A stretch of 64,000 nucleotides of DNA from Octopus bimaculoides (Eukaryota). The notes beneath the pieces were generated by a model. That model was given only the letters and a program-made list of their open reading frames with translations. It had not been told where the DNA came from and did no database searches. The stretch spans positions 287,700 through 351,699 of the forward strand of contig NC_068999.1 of NCBI RefSeq assembly GCF_001194135.2. The letters are read 5' to 3'. The translations under genes were made by a program, and so were the position numbers. Of the stretch, positions 11,192-25,474 are shown one piece after another. Each line of letters begins with the position of its first letter. Positions within the stretch are counted from its first letter, which is position 1.

Positions 11192-12476
11192 CATATATAT
11201 GCATACATTAATATATATATAAATATGTATATACATACATATATCCTTATACGTATACACACACACACATTCGTTTTTACAAATAGAGGCCATTACTAAG
11301 TGTCTGTTTTGCAATATTTCTTTTAAAAAATTATTTATGAGTTACCGAGGGTTGATAGGTTATCTAGCAACTTAGGAATTTTTTTTTCTTGTCTCTATCT
11401 ATCACTCCTCTAACGCATACAGCTCTCTGTCTGTCTGTTCATCTCTATGGCTGCCTATCTATCTCGCCTTCCTTGTTTCATTACTTTATTTCTTTTTTAT
11501 CTTTATTGGCTTCGATTTACTCAACTCCTAAGTTTTTGCGTAATGTATTTGTGGTGTTTTTTCTTTTTCTTCTATTCGTAGTATCACACGACTATTATTC
11601 TTATCATCATTACTATCATATATTAATAGTACGAATATCGTCCTCCTCCCCCTCCTCCTCATCACCACCATCATCATCATCATTTTCATCATCATCATCA
11701 TCATCATCATCAGTAATAACTAATGATTTAGCCTGTTGAAACCCTTTGAAACTGGTGTCAGTATTTCATTTTGTTTTTGTCTTGGTTCTTCTTTTCCCCA
11801 CCAATAATAAATTAAGGTTTTTATTCATATCTTTGATATCATTATTCTTCAAGAACAACTATTATTATTGTTTTTGTTGTTGCCATTATAGTTATCATCA
11901 CCATCACCATCACCATGAAAATCAGTATCATGCAGACGATGACAATGATCACTTCCATTACCACCACTACCACCACCACCATCACCTCCGACGCCACCAA
12001 ATCATCATCATCATTTGTCGTCGTCATCAACATCATCATTCTCCATTTTCATCTCTTCCTTCCTCTCAATGATAATAACAGAATTATTATTATTGTTATA
12101 AATATTATAAATATCATTAGTTTTATTATTGTTATTTTTATTATTGTTATTAGTATTATATCATCGTACAGCTTATAAATTTATATACATTTGTATCTCC
12201 TTCTTTGGCTTGTTCATTTTGTTTTATCTTATGGGTTATTTATTGTCGATTTTGATGTTGTTGTTATGGTTTCTTTCATATTTACTTCTTTTGTTGTTGT
12301 TTCCAACGTTATACTGTCCCTCTGATAATCCCTATGCTGATATCTGGAATATCAAATATATTTATTGCATGTTACTGCGATCAAGTAATTTTATTGACAA
12401 TAATATACATTTACAGGAAAGCACTTCCATCTATGCGATGTGTATGTCACTGTTTATTTATATCTATATTTTTAAA

Positions 12477-12529
<53 letters not shown>

Positions 12530-12779
12530 ACATATATGTGTGCATGTATATATATATATGTATATATATCACTGTATATGTCTGTGGATGTGCGTGTACA
12601 TATATGTGAGAGTATGTGTGTTTGAATTTGTGTCTATGCATTTATATATGTAAATATANNNNNNNNNNNNNNNNNNNNNNNNNNNNNNNNNNNNNNNNNN
12701 NNNNNNNNNNNNNNNNNNNNNNNNNNNNNNNNNNNNNNNNNNNNNNNNNNNNNNNNNNNNNNNNNNNNNNNNNNNNNNN

Positions 12780-12833
<54 letters not shown>

Positions 12834-13244
12834 GCATACATATACGTACATACACACATATACATTACAAATAGTGCGTGATTATCAATCCAGGACAAAG
12901 TACTTCGTAAGTCCTCCGTTGGCACACCAGGCTAACAATATTGTTTGGTTTAGTGAAGAGCTCCAACTATTCTCATGGCAGGGTCCAAGGTTATGTTCCT
13001 CTCAATTCTGTATTGTAAATCCTTGGATGGGCTCCAGACAAATTGGTTTTTACACAGAGTGATATATAAGAAGCAAGTGAAAAATAATGGGCATTACATG
13101 TTTTTCCTTTATTGGAGCAGATCTGACTTACAGCAGTTTCTAATAGTCATTATAGTTTACTCAATTGATCAATTGATCAGTTGAGGAAAACTGAACGAAC
13201 TCAGGAAATTAATACTACTTTCATCAGAGCCATTTCTGGTTTGA

Positions 13245-14233
<989 letters not shown>

Positions 14234-14464
14234 TGTAAGTATATATACGGGTAAGTGGAAAAACGAAAATACACACACATATATATAAATATAAGATCCA
14301 AGGATTGAGGTGTAAGGAGTAGGTGAGCTTTAAGCAATCCGTAGAGTAGGAAATCTAAAAATATAACTTTCAGGAACAGTAATGGGTTATTGGGGCGGAA
14401 GGTTGTAGGTGTTTTTCTGTTTCGAAGTAGAATAAGCTGAAAAAAATTGCTTTATATTTCACAG

Positions 14465-14488
14465 TAGGCAGGCAGCCACGCTCGCCAG
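14465..14488 (+). CDS. Candidate 24-nt microexon of an unidentified gene
   Basis: Strong acceptor ttgctttatatttcacAG, strong donor CAG|GTAAGC, GC-rich, and frame-preserving (RQAATLA in phase 2-2). Confidence 0.45.
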
Positions 14489-14720
14489 GTAAGCGAATAA
14501 AAATCCATGAGTTTAAAGAATGGAGAATACGTATACACAGACGCATACACACATGATACAAGTAAGAAGCTGATATTGTTTCGACCGCAGAGTTACCGCT
14601 AGAACAACAGAAATACTGGGTAACTTACTCTGAAAAGGCGGAAAAAATTGTCCACAAATATTTGTTTGGTTATATTTGACTCACCTCCATACATACATAC
14701 ATACATACATAAGTGTGTGA

Positions 14721-14757
<37 letters not shown>

Positions 14758-14759
<2 letters not shown>

Positions 14760-14945
14760 AGAATGTACGAAAAAACAACAACAGACGAGGACAGGTGGTG
14801 TAAATAACAAAAGGATGTATTAGTATGACGCTCAGGAATACGGAACGTCTTTGACGTTTCGAGCTACGCTCTTCAACAGAAAGAATACGGAGACAAGGAG
14901 AAAAACACGGAGAAAAAAATTGAATAGTGTTCAGTCAACGGTCAA
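14758..14945 (-). mobile_element. Penelope-like element terminal-repeat (pLTR) remnant, family P1
   Basis: A second copy lies at 42472-42662. Both begin GGAGAAT directly after (TA)n and carry the same HHR-like motif. Confidence 0.7.
14848..14884 (-). ncRNA. Minimal type I hammerhead candidate with CUGUUGA (A6U) core
   Basis: Minus strand reads TCTTT-CTGTTGA-A-GAG(CGTAG)CTC-GAAA-CGT-C-AAAGA. Stem I is 5 bp, stem II is 3 bp, stem III is the palindrome ACGU, and the triplet is GUC. Confidence 0.6.
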
Positions 14946-14958
14946 TCATATATATATA

Positions 14959-14993
<35 letters not shown>

Positions 14994-14996
14994 ATA

Positions 14997-15041
<45 letters not shown>

Positions 15042-16077
15042 TACACACAAATATCTATATTCAGATAATACCTCTATATATCTGCTATAATTTATATCTT
15101 CACATATTTGTGCGTACACCCCCATCTTTACATGTGTGCGTGTGCATGTGTGTGTGTGCATGTGTGTGTGTGCATGTGTGTGTGTGCATGTGTGTGTGCA
15201 TGTGTGTGTATGTGTGTGTGCATGTGTATATATATATATATGCGCGTGTGTGTGTGCTTATATGTGTGAACCTATCTTTCTCCTTAAATTTAGTAATATA
15301 TATATATCTGAGTTTGGCAGTGTGTCCGTTTGGCTCACTATATATGTGTGTATGCGCTTATGTGCCTGTGTGCGCGCGTATTAAATGTATGCGTGTGTCT
15401 GTGCACATTGATTTGTGTATACGCGAATATATGTGTGTGTGTGTGTGTCTGTGTGTGTATGCTAGTGAGAGTATGTACGCTTGTACATTGTTAGCGAAAT
15501 AATTAAAATATTTAATTTGATTTGCGTAGATTTTTGTTTGAGTTTATCGATAAGAAAGTGTGTATGGAATAGCAATAGTAATGGCGGAGATGAACTAAAA
15601 TAAAAACAACAGCAGCAGCAACAACAGCAACAACAACAACCATAACCATAACAACAATAACAGCAGCAAGAAGAAGAAAAAGAATGCTACTACTGCTACT
15701 GATAATAACGATGATAATATGAAGAAGTAGAAAAATTAGAAGTGTAATAGTATTGTTCTTCTTACTAATACTACTACTAATATGAAGACGCAGAAGGAAA
15801 AGGAGAGGAGGAGAAAGAAGAGAATAAATGGAAAAAGAAGATAAGAAAAAGAAAAGGAAAAAGAATAAGAAGAAGTGGAAAGAGAGAACTACTACTACTA
15901 CTACTACTTAAAATTCAAAACTGAACGAATCAGAAATCAAAATGAGGAAAACAACAACAGCAACAAAACAATTGTAGCAACATCAGCATCAACAGTAACA
16001 AGAACTACAACAACAACTGTGTCTATGAAGAAGAACAACAGCAACAACACATTAATAATTCCTCAAGTGTTTGATCA

Positions 16078-16430
16078 AATGTTTGGCACGAGGCCAGTAA
16101 TTTCGGGGAGGGGGGTAAAGTGATTGCATCGACCCCAGTGCTCAACTGGTACTTATTTTATCGATCCCGTAAGGATGAAAGGGAAAGCCTACCTCGCAGG
16201 AATTTGAACTCAAAACAAAGACGGATGAAATTCCGCTAAGCATTTAGTCCGGCATGCTAAATATTCTGCCCGTTCGCAACAATAATAATGATTTCAAAAT
16301 ATGGTATAAGGCTTGCAAGTTCGTGGGATGGGGCCACTCGATTACTTCGAGGTCCCTGTTCCGCTGGCATTTATTTTATCGACCCCGAATAGATGTGATG
16401 CAAAGCCGACTTCGGTCGAATTTGAACTCA
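16078..16430 (-). mobile_element. Two tandem family A SINE copies (16078-16277; 16291-16430)
   Basis: The motif chain TGGCAC.AGGCC..TCGACCCC..TATTTTATCGA..GAATTTGAACTCA occurs twice, separated by (AAT)n. Confidence 0.85.
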
Positions 16431-16855
16431 ATAATAATTGTAAAAACATCGACGATTTGTTTTATCAATGCTAATAACAACAACCAATCTGCCTGTTTCT
16501 CTGTCAACTATTCTCTCTTTCTATCATCTCCTACTCTTTGTGTATCACTTCTTCTCATTCCATTTCCTCTCTCTTCAATGTCTATGTGCATACATGCATA
16601 TCTATCTATGAATATATATCTTTATACACACAACACACACGCCGCACCCACACACCTCCACCCAAACACACATATACAACCCTCTCTTCTAATTCTTTCG
16701 TCTATTTCTTTCTCTCCCTTTCTATTATTTTACATGTTTATCCCTTCTTTCGTTGTCCGCCATTCTACACGTCAGTTTTTCTGTTCTCTCTTTCGCTCTC
16801 CTGTCTTTCACTTTATTTCAATCGCTCTGCATCGCTGTCTTCATATATATATATA

Positions 16856-16911
<56 letters not shown>

Positions 16912-17714
16912 TGAGTGTGTGTGTGTGTGTGTGTGTGTATGCACACACAAGCCTATATAGATGTATATCCTTATATCTATATCAACACACACAAACACAT
17001 ACGTGTATGTATGTATATACACACATACATACATACGCTGGTTTCTCAGTTTTCGCATCTACATCTCTGTCACTATCTTTCTTTCGTTCTCTTCTTCCTC
17101 CTCTCTCTCACATTCATAGAACTTCCTCTTTCTACATATATATGTATATATCTCTATTTCCTCCAATTTCTATCAGAGAGATATTCTCCAAGATTTCCAT
17201 GTAGCATATTGATTTTTCATTTCTAAGAGGATTAAACTGAATAATTCTATTGATTTTTAAAAATCTGCACTTGAGGTATTTTCTACAATATCATTTTCAG
17301 ACTAAATTCTTTATGCAATATTCTCTTGGAAAAGAGACAAAACAAAACGGTAAAAGCAAATAAGAAACAAACGAAAAAGAAAGCGGAATCAAACAAAATA
17401 CAAAGACCTCAATATCAACAACAATAAATACAACAACGGCAAATTTACAAGAATAAAACAAATGAAATAAGATTAATGATAATATAAACAAAAATAATGA
17501 AGATAGTGAGAAGCAGAGAACGATTTCAAATTGACAACAATCCATATTTTTTGGAATTTCTTGAACAATATAACTTTCGGTCTTTCGTGAGAAACACTGA
17601 AAGATATATTATTACAGGAAGGAAGAATTTGATGAAGATTCAAAATGTTAAATGTAAGAAAGGACATGGCTATTACTATGTAATTAACATCATGTAATTT
17701 TGTCGAGATCCTTG

Positions 17715-17763
<49 letters not shown>

Positions 17764-18551
17764 CATTTGAACGTGTTGTGAGAATGAGCAAGTATATTTT
17801 TGGGGATGTACATATAGGTCTACAGGGACACATCTACATATTCAAAATCATCAGCTTAGATGTGATGATGGTGATGCCGATGCTGGGTATCATCATAAGA
17901 AGTCACTACCCCACCCCCACCCCACCACCATCAACTTCAACGTTACGATGGCGATGTTGACAAGCATGATCATTATCATCATCGTCGTCTGCGTCTACGT
18001 CATCGTTTTTATCAACATTATGCACACCACTGTCTCCATCCATGTCATTACAGACGTTATCCTCCTCCTCCTCTTTTTCGCCCTCCTCCTCCCGTTTCTC
18101 ATCATAACCACCATAATATCTGTCACCGTCATCATCGCCATCTTTATCGTCATGATCGTCGTTGTCATTTGCAGTCGTTGACCTCATCGTCACGAATATC
18201 TTCCCCACCGTCATCTTTTTTTATATATCCTCCACCTCACCAGCCTCCTACTCCTCTTTCCTCCCCTCCTTCTCTCCCATCAGTTTCTCCACATCGTTTG
18301 TAGAGACATTTTTCATTCAAGAAGGATTGTGTTTTGATTTAAATATGAAGTCTCGTTGAAATTCAAACTATTAACACGTTCAATACGGCTGACTAAACGA
18401 AATTTAGTAAGTCCTTCATTTTGTTGCCATTGGTAACGTCTATGTTTAATACACAGCTTGTCTTGATCATGTATGCTACACATGGGCAACAAAAATTACG
18501 TCATACATACCTGCTGCCCATTCTTTATTCCTCTGTAAAGTGCTTCTCCAG

Positions 18552-18654
18552 TGTAGAACTGGAAAAAATAGTGGCTCCACCCTCTTCGTGTCTTTGGAAC
18601 TTCCGAACCCGGTTGCCTCTCCCGGATGCATTTAAAGACGTCCTCAGGACACAA
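18552..18654 (+). CDS. Candidate internal coding exon (VELEKIVAPPSSCLWNFRTRLPLPDAFKDVLRTQ)
   Basis: Acceptor ttctttattcctctgtaaagtgcttctccAG (alternative AG at 18539-18540), donor CAA|GTGAGA. One open frame, phase 2 to 0. No family recognised. Confidence 0.4.
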
Positions 18655-19040
18655 GTGAGAATTAAATTATATCCAATATAGTCGACCAATAATGAATTTT
18701 TCTTACGTGTGTATATATTTACATGAAATATTCATTATTGGTTAGCAATATTCGATATATCCTAATTCTCATTTAGAGATATTGATTTCTACATTTCCAA
18801 CACCATTCTTCATCAATTCAACTTTTAAACATTTATTCTTTCTGTCAAATATTAACCAAACAACACACACTATTTGCGGCGCTAGGATACACAGAGCATT
18901 AGTAATGTGTGACACTATTGTGCCACACAAAATAATTTCATTGTATATGCGTGAATATATGTATGTACGTATGTATGTATGTATATGTGTGAGTATATAT
19001 ATGTGTGAGTATATATATGTGTGAGTATATATATGTGTGA

Positions 19041-19081
<41 letters not shown>

Positions 19082-19832
19082 TAATACACAGAGAAACTTA
19101 TACACGTGTGCATCGAAACATATCTATCTATCTATCTGTGCGTGAATATATGTATATATATTTATATATAGAGATATATTCACTCGCACACACGCATATA
19201 TACACTTAAAAGTGTTTGTATATGCATTATATATTACAATAAGGGAATGCTGTTAACACGGAATTATAAGAGAGCCCCCCCCCCCCAAAATCGAAGTTCC
19301 TATATTGATATTCACTTAGGAAAACTTGAAGCATCAGACGGCACTTAACACCATCTGTGACCAATTCCGATGTACAACAATAGCCACCGATATCAGTGGA
19401 AAATAGTGATACTGATGATGGTGTTGGTGGCGTGATGTTGGTGACGTTAGTGGTGGTGGTGGTGGTCATTCTGGTATGAGTGGCGCTGACGGTGGTAGTG
19501 GTGATAGTGGTAAAGGCTAGGGTGGTGGTGGTGACTGTTGATGTAGTAGTGGAGATTGTGGCTGCGTTAGTTCTGGTAGGTGATCGGTGATGGTCGTATT
19601 TGTATTGGAGTTGCTAACAGAGAAACTGAGCCTCTGGTAATAGCGGTTTTGTGTTGTAGTAGTAGTAGTAGTAGTAGTTGTGGTGGTATTAGTACTAGGT
19701 GGGGCAGTCCTGATGGTTGCCGTAACAGTAGTAATAACGTCTCTAGTAGTAGTAGAAATAGTGGTACCCTTAGTTATAGTGGTGGTGGTGGTAGTAGTTG
19801 TTGCATAGTATTAGTCGGCGTAGCTTGAAGAC

Positions 19833-19889
<57 letters not shown>

Positions 19890-20290
19890 TATGAAGAGTG
19901 TGTGTGTGAATGCATATCATTTAGGCAACATATTTCATTGATTTCTTTTTAATTTCAAAAACGAATAACTTCACAACATTTGTTGTAATTAAAAAATACA
20001 TTGAAGAATCTATTTATTAGCTTTATGTAAACGCATTATGTGAGGTAGCAATGGAAGCTCTTGATTACTGCATGATACAAATGAATGCATTTCGCACAAT
20101 ACATATTTACTATGAGAATAGCAAATTTACAGAGGCAAAACGGAAACTTAACTTCTGTCATCATGATAACGGTGTTGACACAGAATGACAGACGCGCGCG
20201 CACACGCACACTTGCATACACACAAGTATATATGGATTTTTTAAGGAAAGATTTGCACGTGTCAGACATTGTGCGATAGATAGATAGATA

Positions 20291-20465
20291 GATAATCCCA
20301 AACTTTATTAATGAACATACTACAGGGACAATATGATCGTTAATAGAAATAATGTGAAAGTAAGCAATAATATCATCAAAATTCCGCAGCATCCATGGAT
20401 ATATTATTTATATTAACGATCATATTGTCCCTGTAGTATGTTCATTAATAAAGTTTGGGGTTATC
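20291..20465. repeat. 63-bp inverted repeat with 49-nt spacer
   Basis: Arms 20291-20353 and 20403-20465 match at 61/63 positions. The left arm abuts (GATA)n, and no TSD is seen. Confidence 0.92.
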
Positions 20466-20469
20466 CTGA

Positions 20470-20690
20470 CGATATTTGAAGGGTCTTTTTACCGAGAAAG
20501 TGGATTATACCACGGGATCAAGCATATCTCGTTTTCATAATCGTTTTTGTTTAGTGCAGTTCCATATATACAATGTACTCTACATTTGAAGCCATTTTGC
20601 TCATCAAAAGATACGATAGCTATGTATATGCAGTTACTATTCGCTAAATCCCGAAGTATTTCTTTGACAATCGTTAGTGCTGCATAAATA
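20470..20690 (-). pseudogene. Possible decayed PLE GIY-YIG endonuclease remnant
   Basis: Minus-strand pieces NSNCIYIAIV..EYIVY..TIMKTRYA resemble the VIYKATV..YIG.T..FKTRY.NH pattern. This needs several frameshifts. Confidence 0.3.
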
Positions 20691-21479
20691 CATTATATAC
20701 ATTCCGATAATCTTTAAAAGAGAACATATATATATATATATATATATATAAATAACTTACTGTAAATACCTATAAAAACATCGTGATCGTCTCTATAAAT
20801 TCAGAATGTCAGCATGATAGCCTAAGAAATGTATATTTAGATGGATTTTAAATTATGATAAATTAACAATTATAATAGAATCTTATCCTTTTTAGAATAT
20901 ACACCCATTGCATTAACTTAACAGAAAGTCAGGTGTTTGTTTCTCGGAGAAATGCAACATATTTCATTTCATTTTCACAATTTTGAACAAAGCATCGGAA
21001 TTGGTAATTTCTTGTAGCTACAACCCTTAATGTTCATTGAAGAGTTTCCAAATAGAATTTATCATTTCCATCATAATTTATTTCCTGTACGCTGAAACAT
21101 GTTAGAGAAAGTACACAATCTGTTATTCGCCAACACTGACGCTGCATTAACAATAGCCACTCTTCTTGCTTTCATGTAATTTACACATATGATACTGAAA
21201 ACATAAAAATATCTGCTTTTTCATGTAAACAGAGGAGTACACATCACGATGTCAACGGATGAAAATTCAGTTGAGAAATTTTTGATGCGTTTTTCAAGAT
21301 TATTTGACGATGAAACATACTTCTATTACTCAACCTATTTAATAATGAGTTAATCAATAGTTTTTATATGTTGTCTAGATGCTTCCATTCATTAACCATT
21401 TAGATAATCGACACAGTGACACTTGCAGTACACGCTCAAGTAAACAGTCCTTGATAACAATAATAATAACAATAATAAT

Positions 21480-21688
21480 GGATTCAAAATTTGGCACAAA
21501 GCCAGCAGGTTCGGGGGGTGGGGTTAAGTTGATTACATCGACCTCAGTGCTCAACTGGTACTTATTTTATCGCCCTTAAAAGGGATGACAGGCTAAGTTG
21601 ACCTCGGTGGAATTTGAACTCACAAAATGGACGAAATACCGCTAAACATTTTTTCGCATGTGCTAAATGTTCTGCGTGCTCGTCGCCA
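21480..21688 (-). mobile_element. Full-length SINE (family A)
   Basis: Runs from the tail TTCAAAATTTGGCACAAAGCC to the head ..GTGCTAAATGTTCTGCGTGCTCGTCGCC, flanked by AAT/ATT repeats. Confidence 0.9.
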
Positions 21689-21775
21689 TTATTATTATTA
21701 TTATTATTATTATTATCATTATTGTGTGAGATACAAATTTGATGCAGATTCTCTGCTCAAATTTCTGTCTCATAG

Positions 21776-21834
21776 TCAATGCGACGATCACACGCTACAC
21801 ACGTTCCATCCAAGTATTGGCGTAAACAGTGGAA
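21776..21834 (+). CDS. Candidate internal coding exon (SMRRSHATHVPSKYWRKQW)
   Basis: Acceptor tctctgctcaaatttctgtctcatAG, donor GAA|GTGAGT. 59 nt, with phase 0 to 2 open. Confidence 0.4.
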
Positions 21835-21945
21835 GTGAGTTAGAAAGCTCAAATCTAATGCTCAAGCACAATGTTCAAAGTCAATCTGTGCCAAGCGGCT
21901 TCATTCTGCGTGCTTTAGATTCGCCACTATAGCAACAGTCCGGAT

Positions 21946-21992
21946 ACTTATTGATCAGGCCACTATATAAATGGCCGAAACTAGGTATGTTA
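21946..21992 (+). ncRNA. Degenerate hammerhead-like motif
   Basis: TTGATCA-GGCCA(CTATATAAA)TGGCC-GAAA-CTAGGT-A. Stem II is a perfect 5 bp and the triplet is GUA, but the core has two substitutions. Confidence 0.4.
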
Positions 21993-22067
21993 CCGTGCGA
22001 TCGAAACGGAACCTGTAACGAAACCGTTTCCAAGAATTACAATCTAGTAATGTAAAATTTCACGTCC

Positions 22068-22119
<52 letters not shown>

Positions 22120-22135
22120 NNNNNNNNNNACGTCC

Positions 22136-22207
<72 letters not shown>

Positions 22208-22999
22208 CACACTCCAGACGAAAACACAACTTCTACAGAGAGATTTAAAACGAAGTTATTAAGAACTCTGATCAGAGGGTTTATTGAGAGAGAAAAGGAA
22301 GACTTAGCGAAATATATCGGGAAGGAAAGAGTATAAGGAACTAATGTGAGGAAGGAACGGAAAGAAGCAGAATATTAAGAGTTATAGAGGAAGTGGGAGT
22401 AGAAAGATACGAGCGATAGCAAGAGGCGGAGCGTTCGCTGAATAATATGTACAGCTAGACTAAACACATACACACACACACACACACAATATGCACACAC
22501 AATATGCACATACACACAAACAATATGCACACACCTTTCGGAAAACTTGTCTCTTAAGATTTGCCTTGTTTGCTCAGCATTATGTGTATATGCTGTGTCT
22601 ATGTACATATACAGAAATATATATTCAAACACAGACACACTATATATATACATATATATTTATATATATCCACACATATACAAGCACATATGTATATATG
22701 AATATTCATATATATGCATATGTATATATGTGTATATATACGTGTGCATACCTATGTATATAAATATATACTTATATGTATATAGGAATGCACACACAAA
22801 AATTACCTGTATTATACATATATATGCATATATCTATAAATCTAAACATATATACATACATATACACATATATACATGCACACATATATACATACATACA
22901 TATACACACATATACACATATATATAGACATATATATATATACATATACATATACACACATATACATATATACACATATAGACATATATATATACATAT

Positions 23000-23030
<31 letters not shown>

Positions 23031-23822
23031 CACATTTGTATACATATACACACACACAGTATATGNNNNNNNNNNNNNNNNNNNNNNNNNNNNNNNNNNN
23101 NNNNNNNNNNNNNNNNNNNNNNNNNNNNNNNNNNNNNNNNNNNNNNNNNNNNNNNNNNNNNNNNNNNNNNNNNNNNNNNNNNNNNNNNNNNNNNNNNNNN
23201 NNNNNNNNNNNNNNNNNNNNNNNNNNNNNNNNNNNNNNNNNNNNNNNNNNNNNNNNNNNNNNNNNNNNNNNNNNNNNNNNNNNNNNNNNNNNNNNNNNNN
23301 NNNNNNNNNNNNNNNNNNNNNNNNNNNNNNNNNNNNNNNNNNNNNNNNNNNNNNNNNNNNNNNNNNNNNNNNNNNNNNNNNNNNNNNNNNNNNNNNNNNN
23401 NNNNNNNNNNNNNNNNNNNNNNNNNNNNNNNNNNNNNNNNNNNNNNNNNNNNNNNNNNNNNNNNNNNNNNNNNNNNNNNNNNNNNNNNNNNNNNNNNNNN
23501 NNNNNNNNNNNNNNNNNNNNNNNNNNNNNNNNNNNNNNNNNNNNNNNNNNNNNNNNNNNNNNNNNNNNNNNNNNNNNNNNNNNNNNNNNNNNNNNNNNNN
23601 NNNNNNNNNNNNNNNNNNNNNNNNNNNNNNNNNNNNNNNNNNNNNNNNNNNNNNNNNNNNNNNNNNNNNNNNNNNNNNNNNNNNNNNNNNNNNNNNNNNN
23701 NNNNNNNNNNNNNNNNNNNNNNNNNNNNNNNNNNNNNNNNNNNNNNNNNNNNNNNNNNNNNNNNNNNNNNNNNNNNNNNNNNNNNNNNNNNNNNNNNNNN
23801 NNNNNNNNNNNNNNNNNNNNNN

Positions 23823-23860
<38 letters not shown>

Positions 23861-24207
23861 TGTGTGTGTGTGTGTGTGTCGATTGCAGCGTGGGAGGTAT
23901 TTATAAGCCATTTAGAATGACACACAAGTGCCGTTAGATTCACTTCAGCATTTAAATTTTATTTTCCGAAATATTTTCGTCGCTTTGAGGCTGCAACCTG
24001 TTCACTGACAGAATTCTGTGCTGCATCTGAGAAAGAAACACTTAGTTAATGATGTGTACGTGTGTATGTACGTAAGTACGTATGAATGTATGTATGTATG
24101 TATGCATGCATGCATGTATGTATGTACATGTGTGTGCGAATACATCTGTGTACATGCGTATGCATCTGTGCATGCCTATACACATGTATGTATGTATGTA
24201 AGTAGGT

Positions 24208-24592
24208 GGAGGCGCAATGGCCCAGTGGTTAGGGCAGCGGACTCGCGGTCATAGGATCGCAGTTTCGATTCCCAGACCGAGCGTTGTGAGTGTTTATTGA
24301 GCGAAAACACCTAAAGCTCCTCGAGGCTCCGGCAGGGGATGGTGGCGAACCCTGCTGTACTCTTCCACCACAACTTTCTCTCACTCTTTCTTCCTGTTTC
24401 TGTTGTACCTGTAATTCAAAGGGTCAGCCTTGTCACACTGTGTCACGCTGAATATCCCCGAGAACTACGTTGAGGGTACACATGTCTGTGGAGTGCTCAG
24501 CCACTTGCACGTTAATTTCACGAGCAGGCTGTTCCGTTGATCGGATCGACTGGAACCCTCGTCGTCGCTACCGACGGAGTGCCAACAACGAC
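24208..24592 (+). mobile_element. Well-preserved full-length tRNA-derived SINE (family C)
   Basis: A-box TGGCCCAGTGG (24218-24228), B-box GTTTCGATTCC (24262-24272), a GC-rich body, and the 3' end ..GTCGTCGCTACCGACGGAGTGCCAACAAC, all inside a (TATG)n tract. Confidence 0.9.
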
Positions 24593-25420
24593 TGTGTGTG
24601 TAAGTATGCACATATGTACTTATGGATGTACGTGAGTAATAGGATAAGTGTGTAGACGTGTTTGTCTGTGTGTGTACATGTGAACGTATGTTTATGTACT
24701 GATATGTCTGTGTCAGTTCAAGTTGTATACATGACTCTTACTTTGTTGAAGGTTGTATACACACACACACACACATATATGTAGAAATAAGGATAACGGT
24801 TAAAATTCAAATATGCATTTAAAAATATTTTCTATTGTTTTTTATGATAATCTTTATTCTTTTTTTTACACCCAGACATACCACACATATATCTACACAC
24901 TCATACGTGCATGTATGTGCATACTCATCATCTCATCGTGTCGAAGTTATTGTTCTACGCAGATCCTGTCCTTAGCTGCAGTTTTTATAAGTTCAACAAA
25001 ATATAGAAGAACTAAATTTTACCGCAGGCCATGCCTGCTGATACTCACCTGTCACGTGTTCACTGTTTATTCCTTTAAATCTCTCTACTTCACTTTCGAT
25101 GCAGAAAACTTTCTCTTATCGTGATAAATGTTAAATTATGTATATTTTTGTGAAGTCAATATTTTAGCCACGATCATAAGGTGTTCACCGTGAGACTGGA
25201 AATCTCGATCTCTTCGATTTGTCTTTGCAATGCTGCCTTTTTCTGACAGAGAATAACATTAATATTAATGCAATCTTCACTAGGAATGGGGAAAGCGGTG
25301 TTCTCTTTGCAACCGGAGTATACTCAAATTATTTAATAAATAAATACAGGACTATGTATATGTACCCACACGCCCCCTCACACACACACACACATAGGTA
25401 AATGCATGTACATATATATA

Positions 25421-25474
<54 letters not shown>

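Noticed and set aside
22062-22140. Direct repeats across 10-N gaps (ACGTCCAGTACAC.. at 22062/22130; GATAACTCACATAGACAT at 45971/45999)
   Set aside because: Typical unmerged contig-end overlaps, so an assembly artefact rather than TSDs.
24208-24285. tRNA-like sequences at SINE heads (also 4330, 54000, 61830)
   Set aside because: No complete cloverleaf or acceptor stem, and they are continuous with SINE bodies, so they are not tRNA genes.
25049-25242. Minus-strand exon-like pieces (KKAALQRQIEEIEISSLT at 25189-25242; CAG|GTGAGT donor at 25049; CAG|GTAAGT donor near 48980)
   Set aside because: The phases do not chain and one donor is weak. Left unresolved rather than called; RNA-seq would decide.
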